From: the human T2T-CHM13v2.0 reference genome, Homo sapiens
Assembly: GCF_009914755.1 (NCBI RefSeq)
Contig: NC_060931.1
Reading direction: 5' to 3' (one strand)
DNA: 64,000 nucleotides
Shown here in pieces: positions 11,830-24,359 of this stretch. The notes beneath the pieces are model-generated. The model did no database searches. It had not been told where the DNA came from and saw only the letters and a list, made by a program, of their open reading frames with translations. The position numbers were made by a program, and so were the translations under genes. Within the stretch, counting starts at the first letter, position 1. Each line of letters opens with the position of its first letter.

Positions 11830-12010
11830 ACCCTGACCTTTTATCTCTGCACCCCAATCCCTTATTTCCACACCCCGACCTCTTGACTCTGCACCCCGAT
11901 CCCTTATTTCTATGCCCCGACCTCTTATATCTGTGCCCCAACCCCTTATTTCCACACCCCGACCTCTTATCTCTGTGCCCCAACCCCTTATTTCTGCACC
12001 CTGACCCCTT
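11830..12010 (+). repeat. ~20-21-bp tandem repeat array in the provirus 2 leader
   Basis: Alternating CCCTTATTTC.. / CTCTTATCTCTG.. CCCC units. Confidence 0.85.
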
Positions 12011-12094
12011 TCCTGCTTTTCTGGAAGGTAAGAACCCCCGAACCCCTTCACTCCGTGTCTCTACTCTCTTTTCTCTGGGCTTGCCTCCTTCACT

Positions 12095-13333
12095 ATAGGC
12101 AACTTTCCACCCTCCATTCTTCCTTCTTCTCCCTTAGCCTGTGTTCTTAAAAACCTAAAACCTCTTCAACTCACACCTGACCTAAAACCTAAATGCCTTA
12201 TTTTCTTCTGCAATGCTGCTTGACCCCAACACAAACTCGACAGTGGTTCCAAATAGCCAGAAAATGGCACTCTCAATTTTTCCATCCTGCAAGATCTAAA
12301 TAATTCTTGTCATAAAATGGGCAAACAGTCTGAGGTGCCTGACATCCAGGCATTCTTTTACACATCAGTCCCTTCCTAGTCTGTGCCCAATGCAACTCGT
12401 CCCAATCTTCCTTCTTTCCCTCCCACCGGTCCCCTCAGTCCCAACCCCAAGTGTCGCTGAGTCTTTCTAATCTTCCTTTTCTAGAGACCCATGGGACCTC
12501 TCCCCTCCTCGCCAGGCCAAGCTAGGTCCCAATTCTTCCTCATCCTCTGCTCCTCCACCCTATAATCCTTTTATCACCTCCCCTCCTCACACCTGGTCCA
12601 GCTTACAGTTTCCTTCCGTGACTAGCCCTCCCCCACCTGCCCAGCAATTTCCTCTTAAAAAGGTGGCTAGAGCTAAAGGCATAGTCAAGGTTAATGGTCC
12701 TTTTTCTTTATCCAACCTTTCCCAAATTAGATAGCGTTTAGGCTCTTTTTCATCAAATATAAAAACACAGCCCAGTTCATGGTTCATTTGGCAGCAGCCC
12801 TGAGACGCCTTACAGCCCTAGACCCTAAAAGGTCAAAAGGCCGTCTTATTCTCAATATACATTTTATTATCCAATCTGCTCCTGACATTAAATAAAACTC
12901 CAAAAATTAAATTCTGGCCCTCAAACCCCACAACAGGACTTAATTAACCTCACCTTCAAGGTGCACAATAATAGAGTAGAGGCAGCCAAGTAGCAATGTA
13001 TTTCTAAGTTGCAATTCCTTGCCTCCACTGTGAGACAAACCCCAGCCACATCTCCAGCACACAAGAACTCCAAATGCCTGAACCACAGCTGCAAGGGGTT
13101 CCTCCAGAACCTCCTCCCCCAAGAGCTTGCTACAAGTGCCAGAAATCTGGCCACTGGGCCAAGGAATGCCCACAGCCCCGGATTCCTCCTAAGCCAAGTC
13201 CCATCTGTGTGGGACCCCACTGAAAATCAGACTGTTCAACTCACCTGGCAGCCACTCCCAGAGCCCTTGGAACTCTGGCCCAAGGCTCTCTGATTCCTTC
13301 TCAGATCTTCTCGGCTTAGCAGCTGAAGACTGA
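12095..13333 (+). pseudogene. gag: HERV-H gag remnant (provirus 2)
   Basis: Colinear with provirus 1 gag; TGCTACAAGTGCCAGAAATCTGGCCACTGGGCCAAGGAATGC = CYKCQKSGHWAKEC zinc knuckle. Confidence 0.85.
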
Positions 13334-13379
13334 CACTGGCCGATTGCCTCCGAAACCTACAGGACCATCACAGATGCTC

Positions 13380-16350
13380 TGGGTAACTCTCACAGTGGAA
13401 GGTAAGTCCATCCCCTTCTTAGTCAATATGGAGTCTACCCACTCCACATTACCTTCTTTTCAAGGGCCTATTTCCCTTGCCTCCATAACTGTTGTAGGTA
13501 TTGACGGCCAGGCTTCTAAATCTCTTAAAACTCCCCAACTCTGGTGCCAACTTAGACAACATTCTTTTATGTAATCTTTTTTAGTTATCCCCACCTGCCC
13601 AGTTCCCTTATTAGCTACAGCCACACCTCATTGCTGCCCTTTTCCCCAGTTCAAAGCCTCCTTTGCATCCTCCTCTCGTATCCCCCCCCTCGTATCCTCC
13701 CACTTTATCCCACAAGTATAAGATACCTCTACTCACTCCTTGGTGACTGATCATGCACCCCTTACAATCTCATTAAAACCTAATCACTCTTACCCCACTC
13801 AATGCCAATATCCCATCCCACAGCACGCTTTAAAAAGATTAAAGCCTGTTATCACTCGCCTGCTACAGCATGGCCTTTTAAAGCCTATAAACTCTCCTTA
13901 CAATTCCCCCATTTTACCTGTCCTAAAACCAGACAAGACTTACAGGTTAGTTCAGGATCTGCACCTTATCAACCAAATTGTTTTGCCTATCCACCCTGTG
14001 GTGCCAAACCCATATACTCTCCTATCCTCAATACCTCCCTCTACAACCCATTATTCTGTTCTGGATCTCAAACATGCTTTCTTTACTATTCCTTTGCACC
14101 CTTCATCCCAGCCTCTCCGCTTTCACTTGGACTGACCCTGACACCCATTTGGCTCAGCAAATTACCTAGGCTGTACTGCCACAAGGCTTCACAGACAGCC
14201 CCCATTACTTCAATCAAGCCCAAATTTCATCCTCATCTGTTACCTATCTCGGCATAATTCTCATAAAAACACACGTGCTCTCCCTGCTGATCATGTCTGA
14301 CTAATCTCCCAAACCCCAACCCCTTCTACAAAACAACAACTCCTTTCCTTCCTAGGCATGGTTAGAAACTTTCACCTTTGGATACCTGGTTTTGCCATCC
14401 TAACAAAACCATTATATAAACTCACAAAAGGAAACCTAGCTGACCCCACAGATCTTAAATCCTTTCCCCACTCCTCTTTCCATTCCTTGAGGACAGCTTT
14501 AGAGACTGCCCCGACGCTAGCTCTCCCTGACTCATCCCAACCCTTTTCATTACACACAGCCAAAGTGCAGGGCTGTGCAGTCGGAATTCTTACACAAGGA
14601 CCGGGATCGTGTCCTGTAGCCTTTTTGTCCAAACAACTTGACCTTACTGTTTTAGGCTGGCCATCATGTCTCTGTGCAGCGGCTGCTGCCACCCTAATAT
14701 TTTTAGAGGCCCTCAAAATCACAAACTATGCTCAACTCACTCTTTACAGCTCTCATAATTTCCAAAATCTATTTTCTTCCTCACACCTGATGCATATACT
14801 TTCTGCTCCCTGGCTCCTTCAGCTGTACTCACTCTTTGTTGAGTCTCCCACAATTACCATTGTTCCTGGCCTGGACTTAAATCCGGCCTCCTACATTATT
14901 CCGGATACCACACCTGACCCTCATGACTGCATGTCTCTGATCCACCTGACGTTCACCCTATTTCCCCACATTTCCTTCTTCCCTGTTTCTCACCCTGATC
15001 ACACTTGGTTTATTGATGGCAGTTCCACCAGGCCTAATCGCCACTCACCAGCAAAGGCAGGCTATGCAATAGTATCTTCCACATCTGTTATTGAGGCTAC
15101 CACTCTGCCCCCCTCCACTACCTCTCAGCAAGCCGAACTAGTTGCCTTAACTCAAGCCCTCACTCTTGCGAAAGGACAATGCGTCAATATTTATACTGAC
15201 TCTAAATATGCCTTCCATATTCTGCACCACCATGTGGTCGTATAGGCTGAAAGAAGTTTCCTCACTACACAAGGGTCCTCCATCATTAATGCCTCTTTAA
15301 TAAAAAGTCTGCTCAAGGCCGCTTTACTTCCAAAGGAAGCTGGGGTCATTCACTGCAAAAGGCATCAAAAGGCATCAGATCCCATTGCTCTAGGCAATGC
15401 TTTTGATGATAAGGTGGCTAGACAAGCAGCTAGCTTTCCAACTTCTGTCTCTCACAGCAAGGCTTATGCTGATAAGGTGGCTAGACAAGAAGCTAGCTCT
15501 CCAACTTCTGTCCCTCACGGCCAGTTTTTCTCCTTCACATCGGTTACTCCCACCTACTCCCCCGCTGGAACTTCCACCTATCAATCTCTTCCCACACAAG
15601 GCAAATGGTTCTTAGACCAAGGAAAATATCTCCTTCCAGCCTCACGGGCCCATTCTATTCTGTCATCATTTCATAACCTCTTCCATGTAGGTTACAAGCC
15701 GCTAGCCCGTCTCTTAGAACCTCTCATTTCCTTTCCATCATGAAAGTCTATCCTCAAGGAGATCACTTCTCAGTGTTCCATCTGCTATTCTACTACTCCT
15801 CAGGGATTGTTCAGGCCCCCTCCCTTCCCTACACATTAAGCTCGAGGATTTGTCCCTGCCCGGGACTGGCAGATTGACTTTACTCACATGCCCTGAGTCA
15901 GAAAACTAAAATATCTCTTAGTCTGGGTAGACACTTTCACTGGATGGGTAGAGGCCTTTCCCACAGGGTCTGAGAAGGACACCATGGTAATTTCTTCCCT
16001 TCTGTCAGACATAATTCCTCGGTTTAGCCTTCCCACCTCTATACAGTCTGATAATGGACCAGCCTTTACTAGTCAAATCACGCAAGCAGTTTCTCAGGCT
16101 CTTGGTATTCAGTGGAACCTTCATATCCCTTACAGTCCTCAGTCTTCAGGAAAGGTAGAACGGACTAATGGTCCTTTAAAAACACACCTCACCAAGCTCA
16201 GCCACCAATTTAAAAAGGACTAGACAATACTTTTACCACTTTCCCTTCTCAGAATTCAGGCCTGTCCTCAGAATGCTACAAGGTACAGTCCATTTGAGCT
16301 CCTGTTTAGATGCTCCTTTTTATTAGGCCCCAGTCTCATTCCAGACACCA
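13380..16350 (+). pseudogene. pol: HERV-H pro-pol remnant (provirus 2): protease, RT N-terminus, connection, RNase H, integrase
   Basis: ORF 13740..14135 RT; ORF 14358..15245 with WFIDGSS / SQQAELVAL / NIYTDSKY (RNase H); ORF 15984..16223 with [18 protein letters not shown] (integrase D,D35E). Confidence 0.92.
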
Positions 16351-16790
16351 GACCAACTTAGACTGTGCCCCAAAAAACTTGTCATCCCTACTATCTTCTG
16401 TCTAGTCATACTCCTATTCACCATTCTCAACTACTTATACATGCGCTGCTCTTGTTTACACTGCCGGTTTACACTGTTTTTCCAAGCCATCACAGCTGAT
16501 ACCTCCTGGTGCTATCCCCAAACTGCCACTCTTAACTGTTAAAGTAAATAAATAATCTTTGCTGGCAGGACTATGCTGAATCTCCTTAAGCACTCTCTAA
16601 TTAGATGTCCTGGGTCCTCCCAATTCTTAGACCTTTAATACCTGCTTTTCTCCTTCTCTTATTCCGTTTAGTTTTTCAATTCACACAAAACCATATCCAG
16701 TCCACCACCAATAATTCTATACGACAAATGTTTCTTCTAACAACCCCACAATATCACCCCTTACCACAAAATCTTCCTTCAGCTTAATCT
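16350..16790 (+). pseudogene. env: HERV-H env remnant (largely deleted); equivalent stretch at ~7945-8370 in provirus 1
   Basis: SWVLPILRPLIPAFLLLLF...QYHPL resembles the TM anchor and cytoplasmic tail of a gammaretroviral Env. Confidence 0.7.
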
Positions 16791-16948
16791 CTCCCACTCT
16801 AGGTTCCCACGCCGCCCCTAATCCCACTCGAAGCAGCCCTGAGAAACATTGCCCATTATCTCTCCATACCACCCCCAAAAATTTTCACCGTCCCAACACT
16901 TTACCACTATTTTGTTTTATTTTTCTTATTAATATAAGAAGACAGGAA

Positions 16949-17360
16949 TGTCAGGCCTCTGAGCCCAAGCTAAGCCATCATATCCCCTGTGACCTGCACG
17001 TACACATCCAGATGGCCGGTTCCTGCCTTAACTGATGACATTCCACCACAAAAGAAGTGAAAATGGCCTGTTCCTGCCTTAACTGATGACTTTGTCTTGT
17101 GAAATTCCTTCTCCTGGATCATCCTGGCTCAAAAGCTCCCCTACTGAGCACCTTGTGACCCCCACACCTGCCCGCCAGAGAACAACCCCCCTTTGACTGT
17201 AATTTTCCTTTACCTACCCAAATCCTATAAAATGGCCCCACCCCTTTCTCCCTTCACTGACTCTCTTTTTGGATTCAGCCACCCTGCACCCAGGTGATTA
17301 AAAGCTTTATTGCTCTCACAAAGCCTGTTTGGTGGTCTCTTCACATGGAAGTGCATGAAA
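16949..17360 (+). promoter_or_regulatory. 3' LTR of provirus 2
   Basis: Colinear with 10805-11215 (about 17 substitutions + 1 indel); ATTAAA at 17297-17302. Confidence 0.95.
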
Positions 17361-20300
17361 CTACCCTATATTTAAGAGTTTGAAAAAATTAAATGATTGT
17401 ATTTACAAAAGCCTACAGGTTTCTCTTCATTTACTCTCTGTCCTTCTCTCCTCTGCCAGTCCTGAGGAAGATTGACATTTGCCACACCTGCATAAAGAAC
17501 CCACTTGGTGAAAACCCAAGTTTTCTTGGAGTCTGCTGCTGTGAGACACGAGGAAAAAACAGTACATGTGTACACGGTAGATCTGGAAGGGAAAGCAGAA
17601 AGTATCCAACACTTCTTGCATGAAGAAAACAAAATGTAAGTTTTTCAGTTTATGACCATGTGTTTACTTACTGCTTCCTAATTTCAACTTATTCCTTTAG
17701 ATATTCACTGCACAGAAATGCTTAAGAATAACAAAACAGAATTGTTTCTGGGTTTCCAGAAACAGTATTTTCTCCCAGCTATTATAAATATGATACTTTT
17801 TGCCAATTTGCCAGGCACTGAGAAAATACTTAATCTTTTTTTTTTGTTGGTGTGGGCTGCAAAGAGAAAAATTTTGCAAATGGCATCATACTGTGTTACT
17901 AATTTCTGCTGCTAGGAATTTATATCTTTGTTTCATGAAGGATTTGAACTTTGTTCTTTTGTCCTAAGGCAAATTCATCAAACTGCACATAACATTACAA
18001 ATGAAACAAACAAAAAAAAGAGTAGAAAATATTTTGGAGCACCATTTTTTGGCTGTAATTTATATAACAACTCAGATATTAAAATTAGCAAAAAGGATAA
18101 AAAGAAAAGCCAAATGCTTTACCAGGAGCATTGATTAATAAAAGCTATTATTATATTACTATATAGTAATTACAGGTCTACAGGGATAGTCCTCCATAAA
18201 ATTCAAGTTTCTGTAAAAGGCATACCAGAATTCTCTGAAGTACTTTCTAATGACCCTCTAAACCAACTATTTCATTCCCACTTGGTCAGAAAATATTAAG
18301 TGAGTTGATGCTATGTAGGAAGCTCTGTGATAGGCTCTGCCCACATAGCAATGAATTACTTCATGGTAGATAAAAGAATGAAAACATGTTTTTAAAGTGG
18401 TGTAATGGAGTCAAGCACAGGATACTATAGGAATATAAAGAATGGTTATGTAGTCCAGCCTTGGGGACATCAATAGGTCAGTGATATATCAAACTTGAGT
18501 TGTGATTGAAAAAGGAATTATCCAGGCAAAGAAGGCAACTTGAGGGAAAAGATGTCTAACCATAAGCAGACATGCAGGAGTTGGCTTGGTGAATTTAAGC
18601 ATACCTAGTGGTGGCATGATCATGAAGAGCTTCCATTTATGATCAAATTAAAATTTTATTCACAAAGATGTGGTCTCATAAAAGAATTTTAATTTGAAAT
18701 AATATGATTTGCATTTTTGAATTGTTAATCTAGAAGCGTTGTGAAAATGAATTCAATGTGAAGGGTTTATATCACTTTCCATCCTTTGATGTCATCCTGC
18801 TGTTTTCTGACTTCTGTTTTCACAAAATCTCCACCTTTTAAGTCATAATGCATACTTTCTTCCCCCTTCCTTTGTTGGCAAGGAAATGTTCTCATTTTGC
18901 ACTTTTGCATATGGAGGGTGGCTGCTAGCTGTGCTAGATATGTGATATACCCTAATGCCTCTGTCTCTTTTCATCATTCCTTCTGCTAAATCAATTAGAA
19001 TGACAGGGTAATAGAACTCTCTTTGTATCAATATGTTCAATATGGTTTGTTCGCCTATGGGCAATGTCCCCCTGTTTGTTTTAAGATAAAATAATTTTAA
19101 GTTGTGTCTCATTACTGACACTCTGTATTGCTGGTGTTCATTAGAAACTGGTATCATAAGTTGTTTCAAAATGTGACAGGGCATTAAAGATTTATCAAAC
19201 ATTAAACAAATCCTATACGGGTCTGCTCCTGGTTTGTCCCAGGAGCCTATACATATAGAAAGAGTTAAAAAGACAATCTCATGTCCTTGCTAAATAAATA
19301 TGCTTTAGGGTTCAAGAAGCAGTTTACTAAGTTAAATAAGTGCAATAAATCAATGGAGAAATGCCAAAGTTAACTGCGCAAACTCGAAAGTGTAGAGGGA
19401 TTTCTTAGGAGCAATTGGAGAAGAAGGGCAAGAAATAGCTACAGATGACCTAGAAGATTTGACCAGTCTGTAATTTATCTGAGACTTTAACCTATCTAAC
19501 TTATCTCTGATAGCTACAAGTAGAGGATCGAAGCCTCCAACTTGTAGCTTACGGACTGCAGTGAAAAAGTCAGGAGATTCTAGCTGAAGTACAATCAAAC
19601 TCTTTGATTATGTGGAGGAATCCAGCAATAATCAAAATGTTGAATTGGTCCAGGGTATCCTTTACTGTGCAGTCATATCTGCTTCCTTTTCCATCAAAGG
19701 AGTCCTCAAACTTGCACAATTCTACACACAAAAAAAACTTAACCTTGCAACAAAAGAGCATAGGCTGTACACTGTTACATGTTGTTTGAACATTATTCTC
19801 AATTTAAGCTTTACGTTTTTAGTCATCTATAACCCATTGAATAACTATGTGTATGAATCCCTTTCCTTGAGCAAATGTCTCCTTGTATTTTCTCTTTCTA
19901 ATTCAAGGAGAATTACTGACAAAAGCAAGTCTTTTTTTTTTTTTTTTTTTTTTTTGTCTTAGGTATTTGCCCAGCAGTTTCTGTTTTACAAGTTTTATTT
20001 CTGTTAACAGTTTTTATGGAATTTCAACTATGTTCCAATTATAAACCGCTTTGAATAAGAGCCCTAGAGCCCCTCCTTATTAGCATGTGATTAGGCTCTA
20101 AAATATGTGTTAGTAATGTTAAGCAGGAGCTTCAGCTATGAATTCCAAAGCAAAGTTACCTGAAACCAGGTACAATTAAACTGCTTTTGGAGAAAACATC
20201 CTATATGACATGAAATGTAACCAAAAACAGGTAAATAAACACTAAGAGAACTAATCACTGTGGTTTATGAACTGACAGCTTTTACTGTTTATCTGCATGC

Positions 20301-20379
20301 ATTATGAATAGAAAAACTAATTTTCCTTGTTTTTTGTATATAAATAATTCAACCAGCAGAAATTCTACTAAAGATGCTG

Positions 20380-20380
<1 letters not shown>

Positions 20381-20424
<44 letters not shown>
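20381..20424 (+). repeat. (AC)n microsatellite, about 22 units
   Basis: Perfect dinucleotide run. Confidence 0.97.
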
Positions 20425-20427
<3 letters not shown>

Positions 20428-22037
20428 TGTTGAATGAATTGTCCTAAATTTGAATTAAGACTGTGAGCAACTTGATCTCTTTGGAAATTTGAGTCATTCT
20501 TAGAAATTGGTTCCAGGTTGAATATTGTAAAACCAAATTTCAAAAAATCTGGTAATTTTTCTACCAGGAAAAACTAGTTTCCTTTTTAAGCTTGATCATT
20601 TTTTTCTGTAGACATACCCCTTCAGGCCATCTGATCATTTTTCTTTTATTTCCCTCTTAGTATTTCTACTCCATTTAATTAAAGACAAATGAAACATACC
20701 GCTACAACTTCACCTCCAATACAAAGGATGGATAAACTTCTGTTTTATTTCTTGCATGTCAAATCAATATTTGGGGTCCTAATCATTTTAAGAATTCTCC
20801 TGTGATTTGCTCCTGCTTTCTCTTCATCTTATATGTGTGTGGGCATGTGTGTGTGCTCAGTGAGGCTTAGAATTAAAGACTCTATTCTACACAATGCATC
20901 CACTCTATCAAGAGCCAAATTCTTATCTTGCTTTGAACCCTCAGGGATCATTGACTTCAAAAGAATATATTATGTTCCAAAGTGGCTCCATACAGCTGTA
21001 GAGGAAGGCATAAAATTGGTCCCGAGAGACTAGTTCCTCAATTCAATGTGATGTTATTCTGCTGCATACATAAGTAGCTCTGTCTCTCTCTCGCTGGTGC
21101 CTGCCAGTTTGTGTGTATTTGTGATCAAGCATAGCGAAACAAAACAGAATTCCAATATGCTCTCTGAAATTATTCTCGGGTAATAGTAGAGGTGATATTA
21201 TCAAAATCAAAACTCATTAATATTTTAAACAGAAAGATCTTTTATGATTTATGCTGTCTTTGAAATACAAACAAGCAGTAAGTCAGATAAGAAACCAGAT
21301 CACTGTGAATAAATGACTAAATCTCTAGAAGCCTTCCAAACCAAGATTTCCAGGATATAAGTTAACTTGTTTCATTGAAGTGATTAGAGCAGAAGTGTCA
21401 GATAATATAAAATAAAAACTTCATTGTAGAAAATGAAAGAAAAATGTATGATTACGTGTATAAATAACATCTGCTCTATGCTTACATATACACAATGAAT
21501 ATCAAACATTAAATTAAAACACATTCAACTAATTATTTTTAAAATATAGTGAAGTTCAAACTAATGTTGTCAAAGAATCTGAATTTCTAAATACTGACGC
21601 ATTTCTTTTAACTTTACCCTGTACAATTAAACTATGCAAAATAATTTGGAATTTACATTATTGTCTATCTTTTTTTAGAAAACTGCATTTTTTTTTGTTA
21701 AAAGTGTTAAGCAAAGAGATAAAAGAAGGTTAGATATATTGGGGAGATTTAGGTATAAAAATCGTTTAACAAACAAATTTCTTTTATTAAGTATTTTACA
21801 AGATCCTTCACAGTTTTGAAAAAGTAGGATATGTGGTATTCATCATTCCCAAAGTCTATTTGACCACATAACCAATGGCACTACACCATTCTCAGCCCTG
21901 TTTTGCATTTTGCAAGATTTTGTGAGCTTCTAGTGTGTAAATTTATATTTAGTAAGAAGCATTTAATTTGGTTCTTATGCATTTTCTCTCCTAGGTTTTT
22001 AAATTGTTTTGTTAGTTCTTAGAAAATGAGCACCATT

Positions 22038-22367
22038 CATGTCCTTTGTAGGGACATGGATTAAGTGGGAAACCATCATTCTCAGCAAGCTAACAGAGGA
22101 ACAGAAAACCAAACACTGCATGTTCTCACTCATAAGTGGAAGTTGAACAATGAGAACACATGGGCACAGGGAGGGGAACATCACACACCTGGGCCTGTCG
22201 GGGGTGGGGGACTAGGGGAGGGATAACATTAGGAGAAATACCTAATGTAGATGACGGGTTGATGGGTGCAGCAAACCACCGTGGCACATGCATACCTATG
22301 TAATAAACCTGCACATTCTGCACATGTAACCCAGAACTTAAAGTATAATAAAGAAAGAAAGAAAGAA
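22038..22367 (+). mobile_element. 5'-truncated L1PA 3' end with (GAAA)n tail
   Basis: CATGTCCTTTGTAGGGACATGG...CCCAGAACTTAAAGTATAATAAA; 17-bp TSD AGAAAATGAG(C/T)ACCATT. Confidence 0.93.
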
Positions 22368-23997
22368 AGAAAATGAGTACCATTAACTGTCAAATACACT
22401 CACTCACCTTTTTGTACTATTTAACAGCTTGGATTTGTACTGGTACATCAAGTTGTTTTATCCAATGACATGGAGGTTCTCTGGCTCTAAATGTTTAAGC
22501 TTTTCTAGAATACTATGTATGGATATGGCTAAAGAGGCTAAAGGTGTCAGCCTTAGTGAAAGTAGGGCAATATTTGCTAGATACATTGAAAGACAGTGAT
22601 ATTTTCATTTCTGCCCTTATATAACAATCATTACCTGTTCCTTTTTCTGGTGGCAACAAATACTGGCATCTCATTAAATATTGTTAAGGGGATTATAACA
22701 TTATTATCTAATCATATTGGACATTCATAATACATAAAGCAATTATATTTTGACACAAAGTATATTGGAATATATATAGAAAAAGTACATTTCAATGAGA
22801 CATAGTTTGTATCTATTTCCAATTGTCTTCAGCCTTGAAAACTAGACATTAATTATATTGTATTGTTTTTAATCAGTGTTTTATAAAGAACCCAAAAAAT
22901 AATAGAATAATAGAACAAATAAAGTCTTTCAGAAGGTCAAATGTACTAATAATTAGTAGATTTTTGTATCCAATCTCTGAATGTATACTGCATAATTTTC
23001 CAGAATCACAGTTTAAAAATAGAACAGTAGATTTTTGTTTCTCCATATAAAACACTATTAGTGCAATATAAAATACCAGATAAAAAATGGCATGTTTAAC
23101 GTTTTCCCTACTTTCTAATTCCGATTCTTAAGAAAATTTACATAGGCACTAACATATGACAGAAAGAACAAAAACCTTTTAATTGGAATATTGTATAGCT
23201 GGGTAGGAGATATGTAAAATCTGTAATCTTGAATCTAGGAGATTTTATGAATGATATTGGTAAAAATTTTGTACTCAAATTAATCAATGCAACTATTTCT
23301 CCATGTTTACTAAATCATGTATTATTATCCTAATGTTTCAAAGCTGTAAATTTTGTTCAATTTTGTGTAAGCTATCACTTGAAGGATGAGTTGATATTCA
23401 TAATGGAAAAGTACAATTAATAAATAAAAGCAATCCTTATTTTATTTGTTCCTTTGTATAGTTCTCTATAGCTATATTGACATAATTCCACAACTGATGT
23501 TGTTTAAGTCAATAAAATAAGACAATACGTTATGTGGTACAATTAATGGGATGTCATAAATCAAATAATGGCAGATGATAAAAATTGGATGTTGTGGTGC
23601 CTACAGGCACAATGCAAGAGTAAGAAGAGTGATTTCCAAATGTGCAATGCTTTTTCTACCTTTATACTAATTTCAAAGTATATTGCTGAACAAACAAGCT
23701 TTTTCTTGAATTTTAAATTTCTATTTTATAGCTTCTTCATGAAAATAATGATGATATATGAAAATTCACATCAAAATTTTTTGAAAGAGAATTTTAAATT
23801 ATTGGCAAATTATCTAAGTTAGAAATTGGTGAAATTAAACTTTAAAAAGTCCTTAGCTGAAAATATAAAAAATGCTGCTGTGATAAATATTTAACATTGA
23901 CGTCTATAGTTTGTAATTTTCTGCAAAACAATCGTTATTGTTTCTATGGTAGTAATTTACTAATAGTCATAGTAGAAGCAGCAATAATAATATTATT

Positions 23998-24359
23998 AGT
24001 ATTAGTCCTTTCTCATGCTGCTGATAAAGACATATCCAGGACTGAGTAATTTATAAAGAAAAAGAGGTTTCATGGACTTACAGTTCCATGTGGCTGGGGA
24101 GGCCTCACAATCATGGTGGAAAGTGAAAGGCACATCTTACATGGTGGTGTTCAAGAGAGAATGAGAGCCAAGTGAAAAGGGAAACCCCTTATAAAATCAT
24201 CAAATCTCTTGAGAGTTATTCACTACCATGAGAAAAGCATGGGGGGAACTGCCCACATGATTCAATTATCTGCCACTGGGTCTCTCCCACAACACGTGAG
24301 AATTATGGGAGCTACATTTCAAGATGTGATTTGGGTGGGGACACAGCCAAACCATATGA
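23998..24359 (-). mobile_element. THE1 (MaLR) solo LTR
   Basis: TATTAGTC..CATGCTGCTGATAAAGACAT...GATTTGGGTGGGGACACAGCCAAACCATAT. Confidence 0.9.

Larger units (their letters stand above)
10805..17360 (+). mobile_element. HERV-H provirus 2 (less-deleted pol, Phe-type PBS)
   Basis: LTRs 10805-11215 and 16949-17360, PPT AAGAAGACAGGAA, gag/pro/RT/RNase H/IN remnants, 5-bp TSD CTACC (10800-10804 / 17361-17365). Confidence 0.98.

Noticed and set aside
3211-17360. Tandem provirus produced by duplication or shared-LTR recombination
   Set aside because: Four separate LTRs, two different TSDs, different PBS and U3 structure, and 1.8 kb of unrelated spacer
18843-19962. 116-119 aa ORFs in unique sequence
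   Set aside because: No recognisable domain or exon structure; lengths expected by chance
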